Shown: positions 37,140-51,000 of the stretch, piece by piece
Position numbering within the stretch: position 1 is the stretch's first letter
Layout of the letters: every line of letters starts with the position of its first letter
Assembly (NCBI RefSeq): GCF_001194135.2
Contig: NC_068981.1
Location: forward strand, 78,133,285 to 78,197,284
Direction: 5' to 3'
From: Octopus bimaculoides
Lineage: Eukaryota
Length of the DNA: 64,000 nt
Notes under the pieces: generated by a model
Database searches by the model: none
What the model saw: only the letters and a program-made list of their open reading frames with translations
What the model was told of the DNA's origin: nothing
Made by a program: the position numbers and the translations under genes

Positions 37140-38000
37140 CAAAGTATAGTAGTAGCTCAGTGTTTGATGATAATTGACTCTTGGTCTATATGATATGTTG
37201 TTAGACAATATCATAGTAGTAAAAAAAATGTTTCAAGCAATGTTCCCTAAGGAAAGACACTATACTATATATTTCCTTCTGCTGTATAGTTAATAGATAC
37301 CATACCAATTTTGCAGATGAATATTTGGTTTTAAATACAACTAGTTCTTAAATATTTGATATAACATTTAGTAATTCATTTAAATATCTGCATTCACAAG
37401 ATATTAGTCAATATAGAGTATTGAAAGTTTTGTGATTCATAGAACCACTCTACAGATACTGGTTTAGTAATGACTTTGATCAATTCTGTTGAAGCAGTTA
37501 AAGTGGGAAGGGCATCCAGCCATTAAACCCTGCTGAAAACCTTGGACAAAACAGTATGGTTAGAAACATTGCCAACTTCATTGATGAGCTAGTGCATTAG
37601 TGTCCCAACCCATACTAGCATGGAAAAATAGATGATAAACTGGTGATAAATGTTTGTGTCTGGTGTAAAGAGTTGATTAGTTTATTCAACCAATCTGGAA
37701 AATGTTCCTTGGAACATTATCTTTGCTCAACCATACCTTTATTGTTTATCAATATATTTCCAATTAATATTATTTATGTCAAGTGTGACTATGTTAATGG
37801 TTTCACATTTCCTGACGAGATCCATCCATCAATAAGCTTTCCTATTATAACTGTTTCAATGACATAGATCAAAGATTTTACCATGCTAGTATCTGTAGTG
37901 TAGTTCTCTTGTGAATCTCAAGGCTTTCATTACTCCATGTTGACTAAAATTTTGAAACAACTGATCATAATTTCTGGTGCCTCTCTTGGGGAGATTTCTG
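37140..38000 (-). mobile_element. Probable decayed Penelope RT fragment with an RTE tail insertion at 37500-37640
   Basis: VTLDINN (VSxDV-like) plus weak flanking similarity; heavily decayed. Confidence 0.35.
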
Positions 38001-39684
38001 CTCATCAGTGTACAATTACAAGGCAATCATCAATTAGATAAGTAATATACAGAAGTACAGTTTATCAAGGTGAAGGACAACAGCACTATATAATTTATTT
38101 ACAACTAACAGGAGAAGACTTGTAAGAATTATGTGCCTTGGCCATTGATGCAGTGTATAACTAGTGAGGAGCAAAGTTGCCAGAGTTTATTTTGTCATAG
38201 CAGCAAACTTCATTCATATAAAAAAAATCCAATAAAACATCTTAGAGAAAAATAAGATTTAATTTATATGTTGTAGAGAACTTCTTTAATATGACAGCAT
38301 TTTCCTTGTATTTTATCATACAGTTATTGTCTTGGAGTATAGATTTAGAGCCTATTAAGAGACTTAAGCTAGATATTTTCAAGGAGGAGTAATTTAAAAA
38401 AATTTAATGCTATTTACGAAGGAGAAAACTTTTTCTGCAGCTTCTGAAAAATAAGGTTGTGAAAGAAAGTTAATCATAAACTTTTGATAATAAAGGGTAG
38501 AGATATTCTTTGCCAGACATTTTGTTGAAATATGGTAAACCAAAATATCTCAGGCATATTTTCTATCTTGCAGTATCATTTCTGTCAGTTCTTTTATTAA
38601 TCTATTCATAATACTTACTGAGTGGGTTGAAATATTTCGTAACTAATGTGATAATTATTTTTGGCCATCTTTCATTGACATTAATTGAATCCAGCACTTC
38701 CTGCGACTCAATGACTTTGCTAACAATTAACAAGACAAAAGGCAGTGAAACATTTGCTTTGTGAGGCAAACATAGAAATTTAAAATGTTTACTCAAAATT
38801 CTCAGAAATCTTTTGAGCAAATTCTTTGTTTCACATTTAACTGCTGGCAAAATACAATACTGGAAGGACTGCATTGGGCACCCATTCCTGAAATACATGA
38901 TATCACAAGCATCTCATACAAACTTTGTTTACATTCCTTTTGAAAGTAGTGAGTTGCTCTATAAGGGAGAAAACTCTAATACCTTCCTTTATCATTTATT
39001 TTTGTTCTGTAAAAGAATCCTTACAAGACTGACCTTTTGACTTTAAAGTTTTTCAACAGGATGTTACATGTATTTTTACTGGTGGTACCACAATAAACAC
39101 CAACTATCTTAAGTTATATTGAGTTGCAATTCATTCTACTTACTACATTTCAAAATTACTTGTTGGATAAAATCATTGAGAATCCCTTTATTACAAGTAT
39201 TCACAGAATATCTTAATTCATAAATTCCAAATGTTCCTGTTTGGAATTCCAAATTAAACTTATTGATCTCAGCAAGATGAAAGTTTAGAAAGCAAAATAC
39301 ATTTTTGTAATGGGATTTTGTAATGCCTCTAAAATTGTTAAAGTCATAGAAATATCATCTTCTAAGGCAACAGATGTAAATTATAACAAAGATGCAGGCC
39401 ATTGATCTAAAAAATCTTTTCACCTCTTGATTAAAGGGACAGCCATTTCTTGCAGCTTCTGTAGTGCGAAATGTTTTAAGGTTTTGTATTTGTAATTTTT
39501 TAAAAATTCTTACTATTCATTTTGACATTTCGGACTATTGATCAAATATGAAAAAATATTTTTGGTCAACTCTCCTTAACAACTGAACATTTTCGTGTAA
39601 ACCTCAGAAGTACACAAGGTTGTACAGTGGTTTGAGAATTTTTCTGCTTGAAGAGATGTTGAACCCAGCTTTTGCTTCCCATCG

Positions 39685-39875
39685 TAACACTAGCATTATT
39701 ATGGCAATTAATTTTCCTGCTCTTCGTATTCTGAGTTCAAATGCCATCAAAGTCAACTTTGCTTTCATTCTTTAACTGTCAATGAAATAAGTACCAGTTG
39801 AGTACTGGGATTGATTAATAAACTTCTTTTGCTTTTCAAATTGCTGGCCTTGTCTCAAAATTAGAAAGATTATTT
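39685..39875 (+). mobile_element. Decayed tRNA-SINE (type B tail)
   Basis: ctgagttcaaatgcc...aataagtaccagttgagtactggg...tggccttgtctcaaaattagaa. Confidence 0.75.
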
Positions 39876-40228
39876 CTGGCAAATCCTCTTAGGTTTTCAA
39901 AGATAATTTCACAATTGTTTGAAAAGGTTTCTATATAATAATACATTTTAAGAGTGGTTGTGATTTAAATTTCATTATCTTAATATCTAGCTGCCACAAC
40001 AAGTTGCTTGAAAGTGGACACGTCTGTTTTCTCATCAATAAAAAGAGAGAAAATTTCATCACTTTTAATTTTGATAAAAGGTTGTCATATTTACTGATTT
40101 CATTAGAAACAAATGTAGGTTCCTTTCATTTTGGCATACTTGATACTCTTTGCTGGTTTCAAATCTGTTCAATTATTGTCAATAAGGTAAATTAATGGTT
40201 ATTGGTTTTTTTTTTTTTTTTTAAGCTT

Positions 40229-40947
40229 NNNNNNNNNNNNNNNNNNNNNNNNNNNNNNNNNNNNNNNNNNNNNNNNNNNNNNNNNNNNNNNNNNNNNNNN
40301 NNNNNNNNNNNNNNNNNNNNNNNNNNNNNNNNNNNNNNNNNNNNNNNNNNNNNNNNNNNNNNNNNNNNNNNNNNNNNNNNNNNNNNNNNNNNNNNNNNNN
40401 NNNNNNNNNNNNNNNNNNNNNNNNNNNNNNNNNNNNNNNNNNNNNNNNNNNNNNNNNNNNNNNNNNNNNNNNNNNNNNNNNNNNNNNNNNNNNNNNNNNN
40501 NNNNNNNNNNNNNNNNNNNNNNNNNNNNNNNNNNNNNNNNNNNNNNNNNNNNNNNNNNNNNNNNNNNNNNNNNNNNNNNNNNNNNNNNNNNNNNNNNNNN
40601 NNNNNNNNNNNNNNNNNNNNNNNNNNNNNNNNNNNNNNNNNNNNNNNNNNNNNNNNNNNNNNNNNNNNNNNNNNNNNNNNNNNNNNNNNNNNNNNNNNNN
40701 NNNNNNNNNNNNNNNNNNNNNNNNNNNNNNNNNNNNNNNNNNNNNNNNNNNNNNNNNNNNNNNNNNNNNNNNNNNNNNNNNNNNNNNNNNNNNNNNNNNN
40801 NNNNNNNNNNNNNNNNNNNNNNNNNNNNNNNNNNNNNNNNNNNNNNNNNNNNNNNNNNNNNNNNNNNNNNNNNNNNNNNNNNNNNNNNNNNNNNNNNNNN
40901 NNNNNNNNNNNNNNNNNNNNNNNNNNNNNNNNNNNNNNNNNNNNNNN
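40229..40947. other. Assembly gap (719 N)
   Basis: N run. Confidence 1.
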
Positions 40948-40954
40948 TATATAT

Positions 40955-41100
40955 ATATATATATCTGTGTGTGTGCAGTAAGTTGCCACACAGTTTCCAT
41001 CTTCCAAATTCACTCACAAGGCAAGACTCTTGCCATGAAGCAGAAGGGAACCCAAAATTACATGGTCGCAAGGCAAGCTTGTTCATCATACTGCCATGCC
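40955..41100 (-). mobile_element. CORE-like SINE 5' part
   Basis: ttccaaattcactcacaaggc...gaacccaaaattacatggtcgcaaggcaagctt...gccatgcc. Confidence 0.7.
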
Positions 41101-41840
41101 TTAGCTTACTGAATGTGCAACAATATAAAATATAATTTTGAGGTAGGGCTATAGAAAACAATAACTGGGTTACTACAGTCGGAGTCATGAAATATTTCAA
41201 CTTTCATCTAGATGCAAATTGTACTATAATGCATTGAAATTTCCAGTTTCACAAGTATTGATCTGACTGTTTACTGCACTGAAAATAATGAAATCAAATT
41301 TAAGGGTTTCTACAGTTTTGTTTTCTGAACAAGATGCTAGTTAATTTTGAATGTGGATCTTTTACTTAACTCCTGTTTCATGGGGATAAATTTTTCCAGT
41401 CTTTTACAATAAAACTTTTATTTCATTTCATGTAATCTTTCATGTTACATCCACTTAAATTTTATATCCAAACAATGCTTTAATCTCAGAAAGAAAGGGT
41501 TATATATCTAATTAAGTTTTACTTTTAAAATGGTCATATGTTGTTAGGTTGCTTTAGGTGTTCGATCTTTCAGATTTAACTTTGATGTTCTTCAGATTTC
41601 TTGAACTGGTAAACAAAGATGTTCTGATTTCCTTTTATGGCATTTTTATAGATTCTTTTATATGTTTTTACTTTATAGCCTTTTGATAAAAAAAAAAAGC
41701 TACCTTTTTAATTTTGTAAGTTTTCTCTTATACTTAATTTTCTGTAATGTCTTTTAATAAATAATAAAACCAGTACAGCTGTAGCCTTTTAACAAGTAGC
41801 TTGATGATTCACACTCATCGTGGTTGTTGTCTACTTTCAG

Positions 41841-41904
41841 TCAATATAAGAAATACATCAATCAAATTACAAATACAGGAGTCACAGTCAATGGCATCAA
41901 TAAA
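41841..41904 (+). CDS. Candidate exon (64 nt; QYKKYINQITNTGVTVNGINK or NIRNTSIKLQIQESQSMASI)
   Basis: gttgtctactttcag| ... AAA|gtaagg; two frames are open. Confidence 0.3.
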
Positions 41905-44652
41905 GTAAGGTTGGAGTCAAGAGTCAAAGGTTTTATGTACCAATTCCACAGCCTTTCTCAGAGGGTTTTGAGAAGAAAATTTATAATAGTAATCTGAAAT
42001 TCCTAAAATATCCTCCAGTATATTAAGATATCAAGCTAAGCATACAACAGGAAGCAAATAGTACCAATCTTGTATGATCATACCAACTTTCACAGCCCTA
42101 TTGAGAATATATAATTCTTCTACTCCCTTAGGTTTGTTGGCTAATACCCTATCAGCATTCTGAGCTGAGTTCCTTCTTTGAACATAGTTACCCTTAAACT
42201 CTAGCCCTTAATAGATTTGCACAGATACTTTATTCCATTCATTTCTGTTTCTCCTTCTCATTTGTTCTCTAGTCTTATTATCTGGAGCAATTACCCTCAT
42301 TTATAATTCTTTTTTATGTTGTCATGTTAAACCAGTAAACCGTGACTTTTATTTGGCATTAATGATGCCCTTTTTCTTCTTATGAAATATCTCTGAGTCT
42401 CTCTTACTGTGTGAGCTGCCTAACTTAAAATTGTAACTGTTTGTCATTTGGGTTAATCACGATTATGAAAGTGGTACAGAACTAGATAATGAGGGAGAAT
42501 CATAAATACACATACACACACACACACACATACACACATGAGTGTTTATATATGTGCTTGCTTTTCTGTATGATTTCATGTACATCTGTGCAAATGTTGA
42601 AAGGACTAGATAGAAGAGGAGGAGTGGGGGTCTTTGCTGCAATATCTCTCAGTTTATTGTCTGATAAGAAAATGACTGCATCTGAAAGGAAGTTTTGATA
42701 ATTCTGTCCATTAATAACATCAGTGTCATCACGGGGTTGATTGCATTTAATCTACCTCAATCTATGACCTAACATTGTTATTCTATCTCTGCTATTGTCA
42801 TTTGTTTATCATTGTTCTCATAATTATTTTATATACATTGATAATATCTAAATCTGTCATCACATTTAGCCTTGTCTTTTATAGATAGCTCTTCATTTGG
42901 CTCTATCATCTCTGCTCATCTTTTCTATCTATTTCTCCCAACCTTCAAAGTGGCTGCCTGCCAATTTGTAATTTATGAGAAATCATTCTCTCTTTATAAA
43001 CAGCTTTTAGTTTATGTTTATTTGAAAGATTCAGCTACAGTTTCACTTATTTGCATAAAACAATTCTTTTTGACTTACTTCCTTATCTCTTTTAATGTTC
43101 TTTTGTTTTTTTAAATATATCTTATGGCTCGTTTGTTTATTTATGTAACATAGATTATTGCTGTAAGTATTATCGTCATAAAATTAATTAAGAAAACTTC
43201 TTTACTCCAAGAAACATCTCTACAAATAGTTTACTGTTGTAAGATGTAATATTGACCATTGTTATTCTTTTTAATCTTTTTTTCTTCTTTGCTTATTTGT
43301 CTACTTTCTCTTCTGTTCCTGAACTTATTTTCTTTTTGTAAATTACATTGGCACACTGCTGTGTATACTTGTTAATTTCTTATCTAATCTCTAGCAGCTA
43401 TATTTATATATAAAAATACCCTTAATTAATGCTATAATTATGTTACTACTACACAGTGGAATATAATTCATCAGAACACTATTGATCTTAGGTACTACTA
43501 ACTGCTTTAAATCTATTGGTGTCTTTAGAATATTTCATTATTATATTCCTCCTTTCTTCAGTTAATCTCAATATTCTTTTCCGAACTTCAAATGAATTTT
43601 TCTCTGTTGGTAACTAGCTTTAGAATCAATTGACTTTTTTCATTTATTTTTACTTTTTCTATATTACTATATTTCTTTACAATAAATATTAATATTGAAG
43701 ATATTTTATAGATTTTTAAAGAAGAATAGATGGGAAAAAATATCTCTGAACAAAAGTTATTAGCTTCTTAATTAAAATCAATTTATTATAATTTACAGAA
43801 TATTTCTTTTGCAACAAAAACAAAAGCATTATTTACAAGAAACATACTTCTTCATTTATAAATGCTGAAAGGAAAAAATATGCTATAGATTTTGCAGCAG
43901 GATACTAAATTATTTGGGATATTTTTTTAAAAATATATTCTCATTCTTATCCTGTTTGGTAATTAGTAAAGTTTATTTAGGTTTATTTATCACCTCAAAC
44001 TGTTCTTTGTTTTTTTTTTCTTTTACCAATTTTTAAAACTGTTTGGAATAATAACAAGGATATGAAGAACTTTATCAATAAAATATAGCATAATTTCATG
44101 ATCTCGTGAATATTTAAAATGACTTAGTATTTCACTAATAACCTAACTTTTTGAAGATAATTGTGATGGTTCAGTTTCTTTGATTGTGTCTTTTAATTGT
44201 TTCATTTATTTTCAATCTTCTCCATTTTCATATATAGGACACAACAGATTTATTCTTGCTTCATATAACAAATGTATATTAGTAAATTCAACTCTAATAG
44301 CCAATCATACTCTAATTGTGTGAATGTACAAGGAAGAAGGTAATAAAATAACTATATATATTCATGCAGTATTTTATATTTTTGTGTACTAATACAGTCC
44401 AATTAGTGTTTTAGAATTACACTCTGTTTCTTACTTTAAATTAGGCTTCTACAAAACTGACTTTTTAGACATCAAAGCACCTGGTGATTAATATGGAAAC
44501 ATATATTTACAAGAATATTGTGGAATGATATCCCTAAAATGAAAGGAATTGTTGGGAGACTTTCTATGCGTTTATACATACATGCACGCATGAATGCAGA
44601 AATGCACACAAGAACAGAAATAAAATTCAATGTCAAACTCCTCACTCTTGTC

Positions 44653-44685
<33 letters not shown>

Positions 44686-45289
44686 CATTCATAATTGATT
44701 TCTTCTGACTAGGAGCTCAGCCAATATGTTATCAATACTGATTTGATTGATCTTATGGAGATGAAAATCAAAGTCAGTTCTAGGCATGTTTGATTCATGA
44801 AATGTAGAGGAATAAAACTTCATGTTGTACACCCTTTAGTATGATACTTCTGATTCTCTTCATTATCTGCCAGAATTTATAATTAAAAACAAAAATATTT
44901 TTAAAATTTCAGTTTATTTTATTTCACAAGTTTCTACAATGTGGCCCTTTTTTTTAATTCTAATTAAACAAATGTATTTTTTAATGCTTGTTTCTTCTGA
45001 GTTGTCAAACCCTTTGTGAATTCTGTCTTGCTCCAGTAGATTCATATAGTTAGAGACTTTCATAGTCTATGATTGCTTGTGATATCACATGTCACTAAAA
45101 TTTTCATGTGATCAAAATGTTTAGAGAAGGTATTAGCTAAGATGAACCAACTAATAAATACATTATGAGTCAAAGTTCATTTACTTTTTGCCATTGAACT
45201 GGTTTACACTTTTTATGTATCATGTTATAAGGGTGGACTAAATACCAGAAGGTATTTGATGCACAGGTTTTTTTTGTCTGTGCACACAC

Positions 45290-45440
45290 AGACACACACA
45301 TGCATGACAGTTATCCATATATCCATGCAGTTTCCATTTGCCTTGGTCAAACTTTGACCATACATGAAGATACTTGCTCAACATGGCATGGGTTGGAAAG
45401 GAATCCAGGACCACATGGTTGCAATGTGAACTTCTTAAGT
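45290..45440 (-). mobile_element. Decayed CORE-like SINE; another copy at 46150-46275
   Basis: cagtttcc...ccaaatccac...aaggtgccacacagtgcaactgaaccc similarity to the family. Confidence 0.6.
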
Positions 45441-45894
45441 ATACAGTCACGCTTATTTTCATTAAATTGAATTTAGACGATATGCTATATAGTGACTTGG
45501 TTTATTAATATAATCAACTGAAATAGCACTGCATACTAGATGAAACTGATCTGGTGAGCTGTACAGTTCAGTGTCCTAGTGTAATTCCAGACAACTAATC
45601 TTTTGTGTAATAAGTAAAGTAAACAAATGCTTTTATTTGTCAACAAGAATGGACATACATTCACGTTATCAATGTGGTCATCATCATCATCATAACATCC
45701 ACTTTTTCATGCTAGCATGGGTCAGATGGAAGTTGTTTAGGTGAATATATATAATATATCATAATCAAAGTGTACAGTATTATATATATCCATTACAGCC
45801 AATCTTACTAATCAGTTTCACATTAAGGGTCCAACCGAGTGTTAGGTGACAGTCCAATTATGTAACCCTGCTTTCTGAAGAGCAATTGCCATAT

Positions 45895-46001
45895 TTCATT
45901 CCATAACTGCCATCACTGAAGAGCACAGGTTTACGTAATCTGTTACCCAACATTCTGTTGAATCTCCAGTGCGAAACTGATTGGTAACGTTGTCTGTAAT
46001 G
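45895..46001 (+). ncRNA. Hammerhead-ribozyme-like motif (type I topology, Penelope-type), stem I degenerate
   Basis: CTGAAGA (45916-22), stem II GCAC-A-GG/CC-A-GTGC, GAAA (45973-76), self-complementary CTGATTGG, then TA (GUA triplet). Confidence 0.5.
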
Positions 46002-47234
46002 AATGTACTCTTTGATTAATTTACCCACTCTACTGACAGATACGAGTGCAGTTTTTCCTGACTTATGGATTCTTAAACACACACACACACACACACACAC
46101 ATATATTTGCACACACACACACACACACACATATATTTGCACACACACACGAGACAATTTCTTCTAGTTTCCACCTACCAAATCCACTAGCATGGCTGTA
46201 GCCAGCCAAGGTGCCACACAGTGCAACTGAACCCAAAGCCATGTAGTTGGATAGCAGACTTCTTTACCTCATAGTCATGTTTGTGCTTATGAATGTATTG
46301 AAACAAATTTGGCATGTACTTTGGCTAGAAAAATATTGGGAAACTGGAGAGAAACAAAGTAAGCATGATTCACTGCATGGCTTCTATAATGTTATCCTGC
46401 ATGAAAGAGCACATGTGAGTAAAGGGAACTACTAAATATTAGAGGTATATACTGATGTATACAAGGAAGGCAACTGTATTAGTATGGATTGTTATATGAT
46501 GTGACTGAATGATGAGTGTTGGTGGAAGCTGTGTGTGCTTTCAGTGAAGGAAGGTAGGGAAAAATAGTGAAATCAGAAAATCTCAAGATGCAAGTTTCTG
46601 AGATGAGATAAAAACCTCAAGATGGGTTATAATATGTTGTCTGCTAGACTCATCTAATTTATGCCTGAATAAAGAAATGAATGTTAAAATGATATTTGTA
46701 TTGTTATTTGCCTCATTCAGCTTCGGATATCTAGAACTAAGCATAATTTTTTGTTGTTTTGAGAAGCTTCTTAATTCCTTCTTGCGTATTGTATTTTTAG
46801 GAGATAAGTTGCATCATTTTACCAAATGTTTTTGTCATAAAATATAAAAATTGGATTTAAAAGATTTATTTTCTACTAATCCTTCATATTGTACTTTTTG
46901 AAGTTAATAAGTATCATAAATTTACTAAGAGATATTACCATAAAATATAACAATTGGGATTAAAAGATTATTTTCCATTTATCTTTGTCTATTTTGTATT
47001 CATCAGTTTTCCCATCAATTATTATTTAGCCATTATTAATACATCTTCTTTCAACTTTTGCTCGTCATCATGGAATTGCCTTCTTAATATAATTATTCAA
47101 ATACTACAGTAGCTTCGGTAACTATTTCAAATTTATGCCTTAGTGCATGTAGTACTAGCATTGCAAAGAAGTGGTGGAAGGCACTGGGATTCTGAAGAAC
47201 CTTGACATCTATTGTACCTTCTTCTTGCCTTTAA

Positions 47235-47550
47235 CCCTCCAACGCGGAGTATAGGTCACTTATAATTGAATTCCATATCGCATAATTTCTCGCTTCTGTA
47301 TCTATACTCTGCCATGAATGTCCCCCTTTCTCTAGTTCCTTTTGTGTTGATCTACGTCACGAGTTCTTAGGCCTACCCCTCTTTCTATTGTACTTATGTG
47401 ACCTAAAAAAAAAAAAAAGAGAGAAATATATTTCCTGAGAAAATCTATGCACATACATAAAAGCCATTTGACAATGAGAGTAATAAAATTTTGCGAGAAA
47501 TCAATAAAAGAAGTTAAACATGTACGTTTGCTCATCTATGACACTGAGAG
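47235..47550. mobile_element. Possible TTAA-flanked non-autonomous DNA element
   Basis: TTAA|ccctc...gagag|TTAA, internal inverted taggtcac/gtgaccta, CpG-richer than its flanks; TIR match is only about 5 bp. Confidence 0.3.
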
Positions 47551-47999
47551 TTAAACAATTGCCAAAAGCCGAGCTGCTTCTAATATATCTGTTTCAGCAT
47601 ATCAGTATCATAGGTACAACGTTTGAGTAATTTTGATGCTGTAATAACAACAAGGTAGACTAATCATGTTAGTTGCTTCAGTCAACTTGTTTGGAAAACA
47701 GATAACAACTTCTAGTTAATGCGAATCACAGATGGTTAAGTTGTTAAGATGCTAGCAAACTGGTAAAAGGGTCAAAGGTTTGTATCCATTAATGCAGGGC
47801 CATTTCCTTTGCCAAATACATTCAGCTTAAGATATCTACTACTAAATCTGTTTATTTTATGACAACATCAAAATCCTACAGAACTGGAAATTTGAGTTGT
47901 AAATAGTTTTTAACATCTTTTTATTACGTTATTAATCAAAGATGATTACGACGATAAAGATTGTGATTATGATCTACACCATCATCATCATCGGCATGT

Positions 48000-48037
<38 letters not shown>

Positions 48038-51000
48038 GTTGAACAGGTCTGTTGTATGACGATTGTTTGATAAATATTATTTCATGATTCAATTAATCAA
48101 TGTTAATTCAATTTAGTAATGTATTCTTTTTTTTTTCTTTCCCCAGTTGTAATTAATTTATTTTCATAGTGTGTGTGTGTGTTCAGACAAAGCTAACAAA
48201 ACCTTGGGATCTTACCTCTTTTAGGGTGAATGAATTTCTAATTAGATATTCTTATTTATGATTAAGAATTCAGCAATCATGTGTTGTGGGTGGGAGGAGA
48301 TGGCATTTGTGCATACACTATACATTTTTATTTTATATACTGCTCTCAGGTTGATTGTTAATTTTTTAAAATTTGTATTTATTTATTAATCTTCATTATT
48401 TTCTTCTGGGTATTTATTTACTTTGAAGATAATGATTGGTGAAACACTTAAAATTTGTTAGCCTTTACACAAGAGTCCTGAAAACTTGAAAGCATTATTT
48501 CTCTCATGGCCATCATGAAGCTGTAATAAATTGTGGCTGTGACCATATTTGTAGTGTAGTGTTGAGTTTGTGAGGATTTCATATCAGAATATATATTTGA
48601 TACTAAGAATTTATTTATTATGCCATGATAATGGGTGGTATAAACTCTGCCTCCCATAAAATTTCTGGGAGAGCTTCTCCATTTGGCTGATGCTTGAGGT
48701 ATGTAACTTTAAACTTTATATATCCAGTTTAATTTCCTTTGACTCAGAGATCTAATGGCAGCGACTTCTTTAATTTATCATTTATCTACCATAAATATGA
48801 AACAGCTAGATAGAATCTTGAATTTGATATTGTTACAGATATTATTATCTTCTGTCTTCTAACATTATTGGCACCAAATTACATTGGAAAATAGGAAAAA
48901 TTAAAGAAGTTGGATATATAATATCCTTAGAATACTATTGTCAATGGCCCCATTGCACACGTCAGTGCCATATGGATTTAAATACTTAATTTGTATGCAA
49001 ATTGAAGAGTAATCTGTTCATGCATTTAATTGTATTCAGTGACTGTTCGATGCTAGCTGAAATACTATTACATGATCATGAATTGAAACATTTCTACATA
49101 TGTTATGCTTCTCAGTAAAGCATATTAACTCTACTTGCCTCAGTTCCACCCAACTTCTTGTTTTTCTTGTTAGAAGTAAAAAGAACAACCACTTGGAAGA
49201 ACAGTTACAAGGGGGGAAAATAATGATAAATCACAAGTTATATTTCAAAGGAAATTTTCTCTGAATGTATTTGAATTGTCTTTTCTATATGATTTTACAT
49301 TTTTCTATTTAGTCATCTTAACCTAAGTTGTACCTACAAGATTATGGTTCCCTGTCTTTCATCAAAGCAATAATCAGTAACTCAAAATATTCTAGTGGGG
49401 TAAAAAAAAATCAATTCTCATTAATAATTTAGTAATGCTAATTTCCTTGTAGAAATTTCAACAGTAGTACTATTATTTTAAATGATTTTTCCAGCTGTCT
49501 TTTCTATTTATCATTTTTAGTTTTCTCATGTTTTAATATCCTTGCTACAGTTTTTTTTTTAATTTAAAATACTTGAATGCCAATTTGTCAGAATCACTGA
49601 CTGTTTCATGATTTTCTGTTCATCATTTCTTTTTTAAATCACCATCATTTTAAAGTTCCTTTTTTGTTTTTTGAATTCAACTAGTGTTAGCAGTAAAGCT
49701 TAATTCCATAAACCCTCATAATTTCACTTGTGAGGTTTAATGTCCTTTGGTTTTGAATCAGTCTTTCTCACTTAACTTCTACCAGTTATTTCTACCTCTA
49801 ACTCATGGTATCCTGCCAAATGTGCATAATTTCATGTGACTGAATTCATACATGTAAAGAAATCCCTACCATAATTCAGCCCAGATGAACATAACATTTC
49901 ACCTGACTGCAGGCTGTAATTTAGCCGTCCATTTTGCTAGATTTCAGTAAACTAATAAAATGATTTGGTTGTAAGAGTGCTGGATAATTTATTTAATGTA
50001 GCATTTAAGTGACATGAATTTGATGACTTAAACTCAATGATGGTTTACAATTAAAATTGTAGGGTTGCCAAAGACTGGATGTATGAATTCACTTGTGTTG
50101 CATCCTTGGTTAATGCAACCGGGTTATTTTCTTTGATGTCCTTCCTTAATTGCAATTGTAGCTCTTCATGTACAAACGAACAAAAAAAAAAAAAAGAAAG
50201 AAATTTTATGTATGTCAAAATGTAAGTGAAGAAGATTGCCTGTCTTAACCAAACATAATGAAAGCTTGCTGTATCAAAGTTATATGTAAAAAGAATAAGA
50301 TGAAAAGGAGCAAGCAACTCATCAGATGCTCCCTAATAACGAGAAGAAAGTGAAAATAATTAGTGAAATCAGTACAAGAAGGGATGATGGTGATAATGAT
50401 GGATCCATTGATAACTACGTTTCTCAGGAACCTGCTTATATATTATATTGATCTTTAGAAGTATATTTTGTATTTGTTTTGTATTTGTTTTTTTTTTTTT
50501 GCCAATTAATCTCACCTTTTAATTAATCTGGTTATAATCATTCACTTGGGATTCATTGGAGTGTTGGTTCAAAGAAGAGAAAAATGCATCCAGAGTAGCT
50601 GTTTTAAATACTATAAGAAGCAGTAGATGAAAGCACTTAATTTGGACTTCTGTAATTTATCAGTTTGCTAATTTGAATTGATTACATACAAAGTTAATTT
50701 TTCTATATGTGATGCTAATTGAATTGATCCCAGTCAGACTATCTATTACACTTACTCTTACCCCTAGATGATAGACAGGAAAATTTAGGCCTCAATATAA
50801 TTTAAATCCACAATGAAAAACTCCAAAACTGAATATTGATTTATTTCTTAGGCACAGGTTCAACTTTGTAGGCTGAGCTGTGTAGTCAATTAATGTGGCC
50901 CTAACATATTAGTGGAATTTATTTAATCTGATTTTGAACTGATAGAAAGCAGAAATGAAATTGCTGTAATATGGTGAATTAGCAAACAGCAGCAACAAAA

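Noticed and set aside
38040-39620. Possible decayed hAT transposase (EAAEKVFS on the - strand)
   Set aside because: One weak motif, with no TIR or TSD found.
40223-40228. HindIII site (aagctt) exactly at the gap edge
   Set aside because: A single occurrence; chance or an assembly artefact, with no biological inference possible.
40192-41200. 259-333 aa ORFs
   Set aside because: Artefacts of reading through the N gap.
48930-48970. caatgg-cc-ccattg palindrome resembling paired Sox sites
   Set aside because: Short, imperfect motifs expected by chance in 64 kb.
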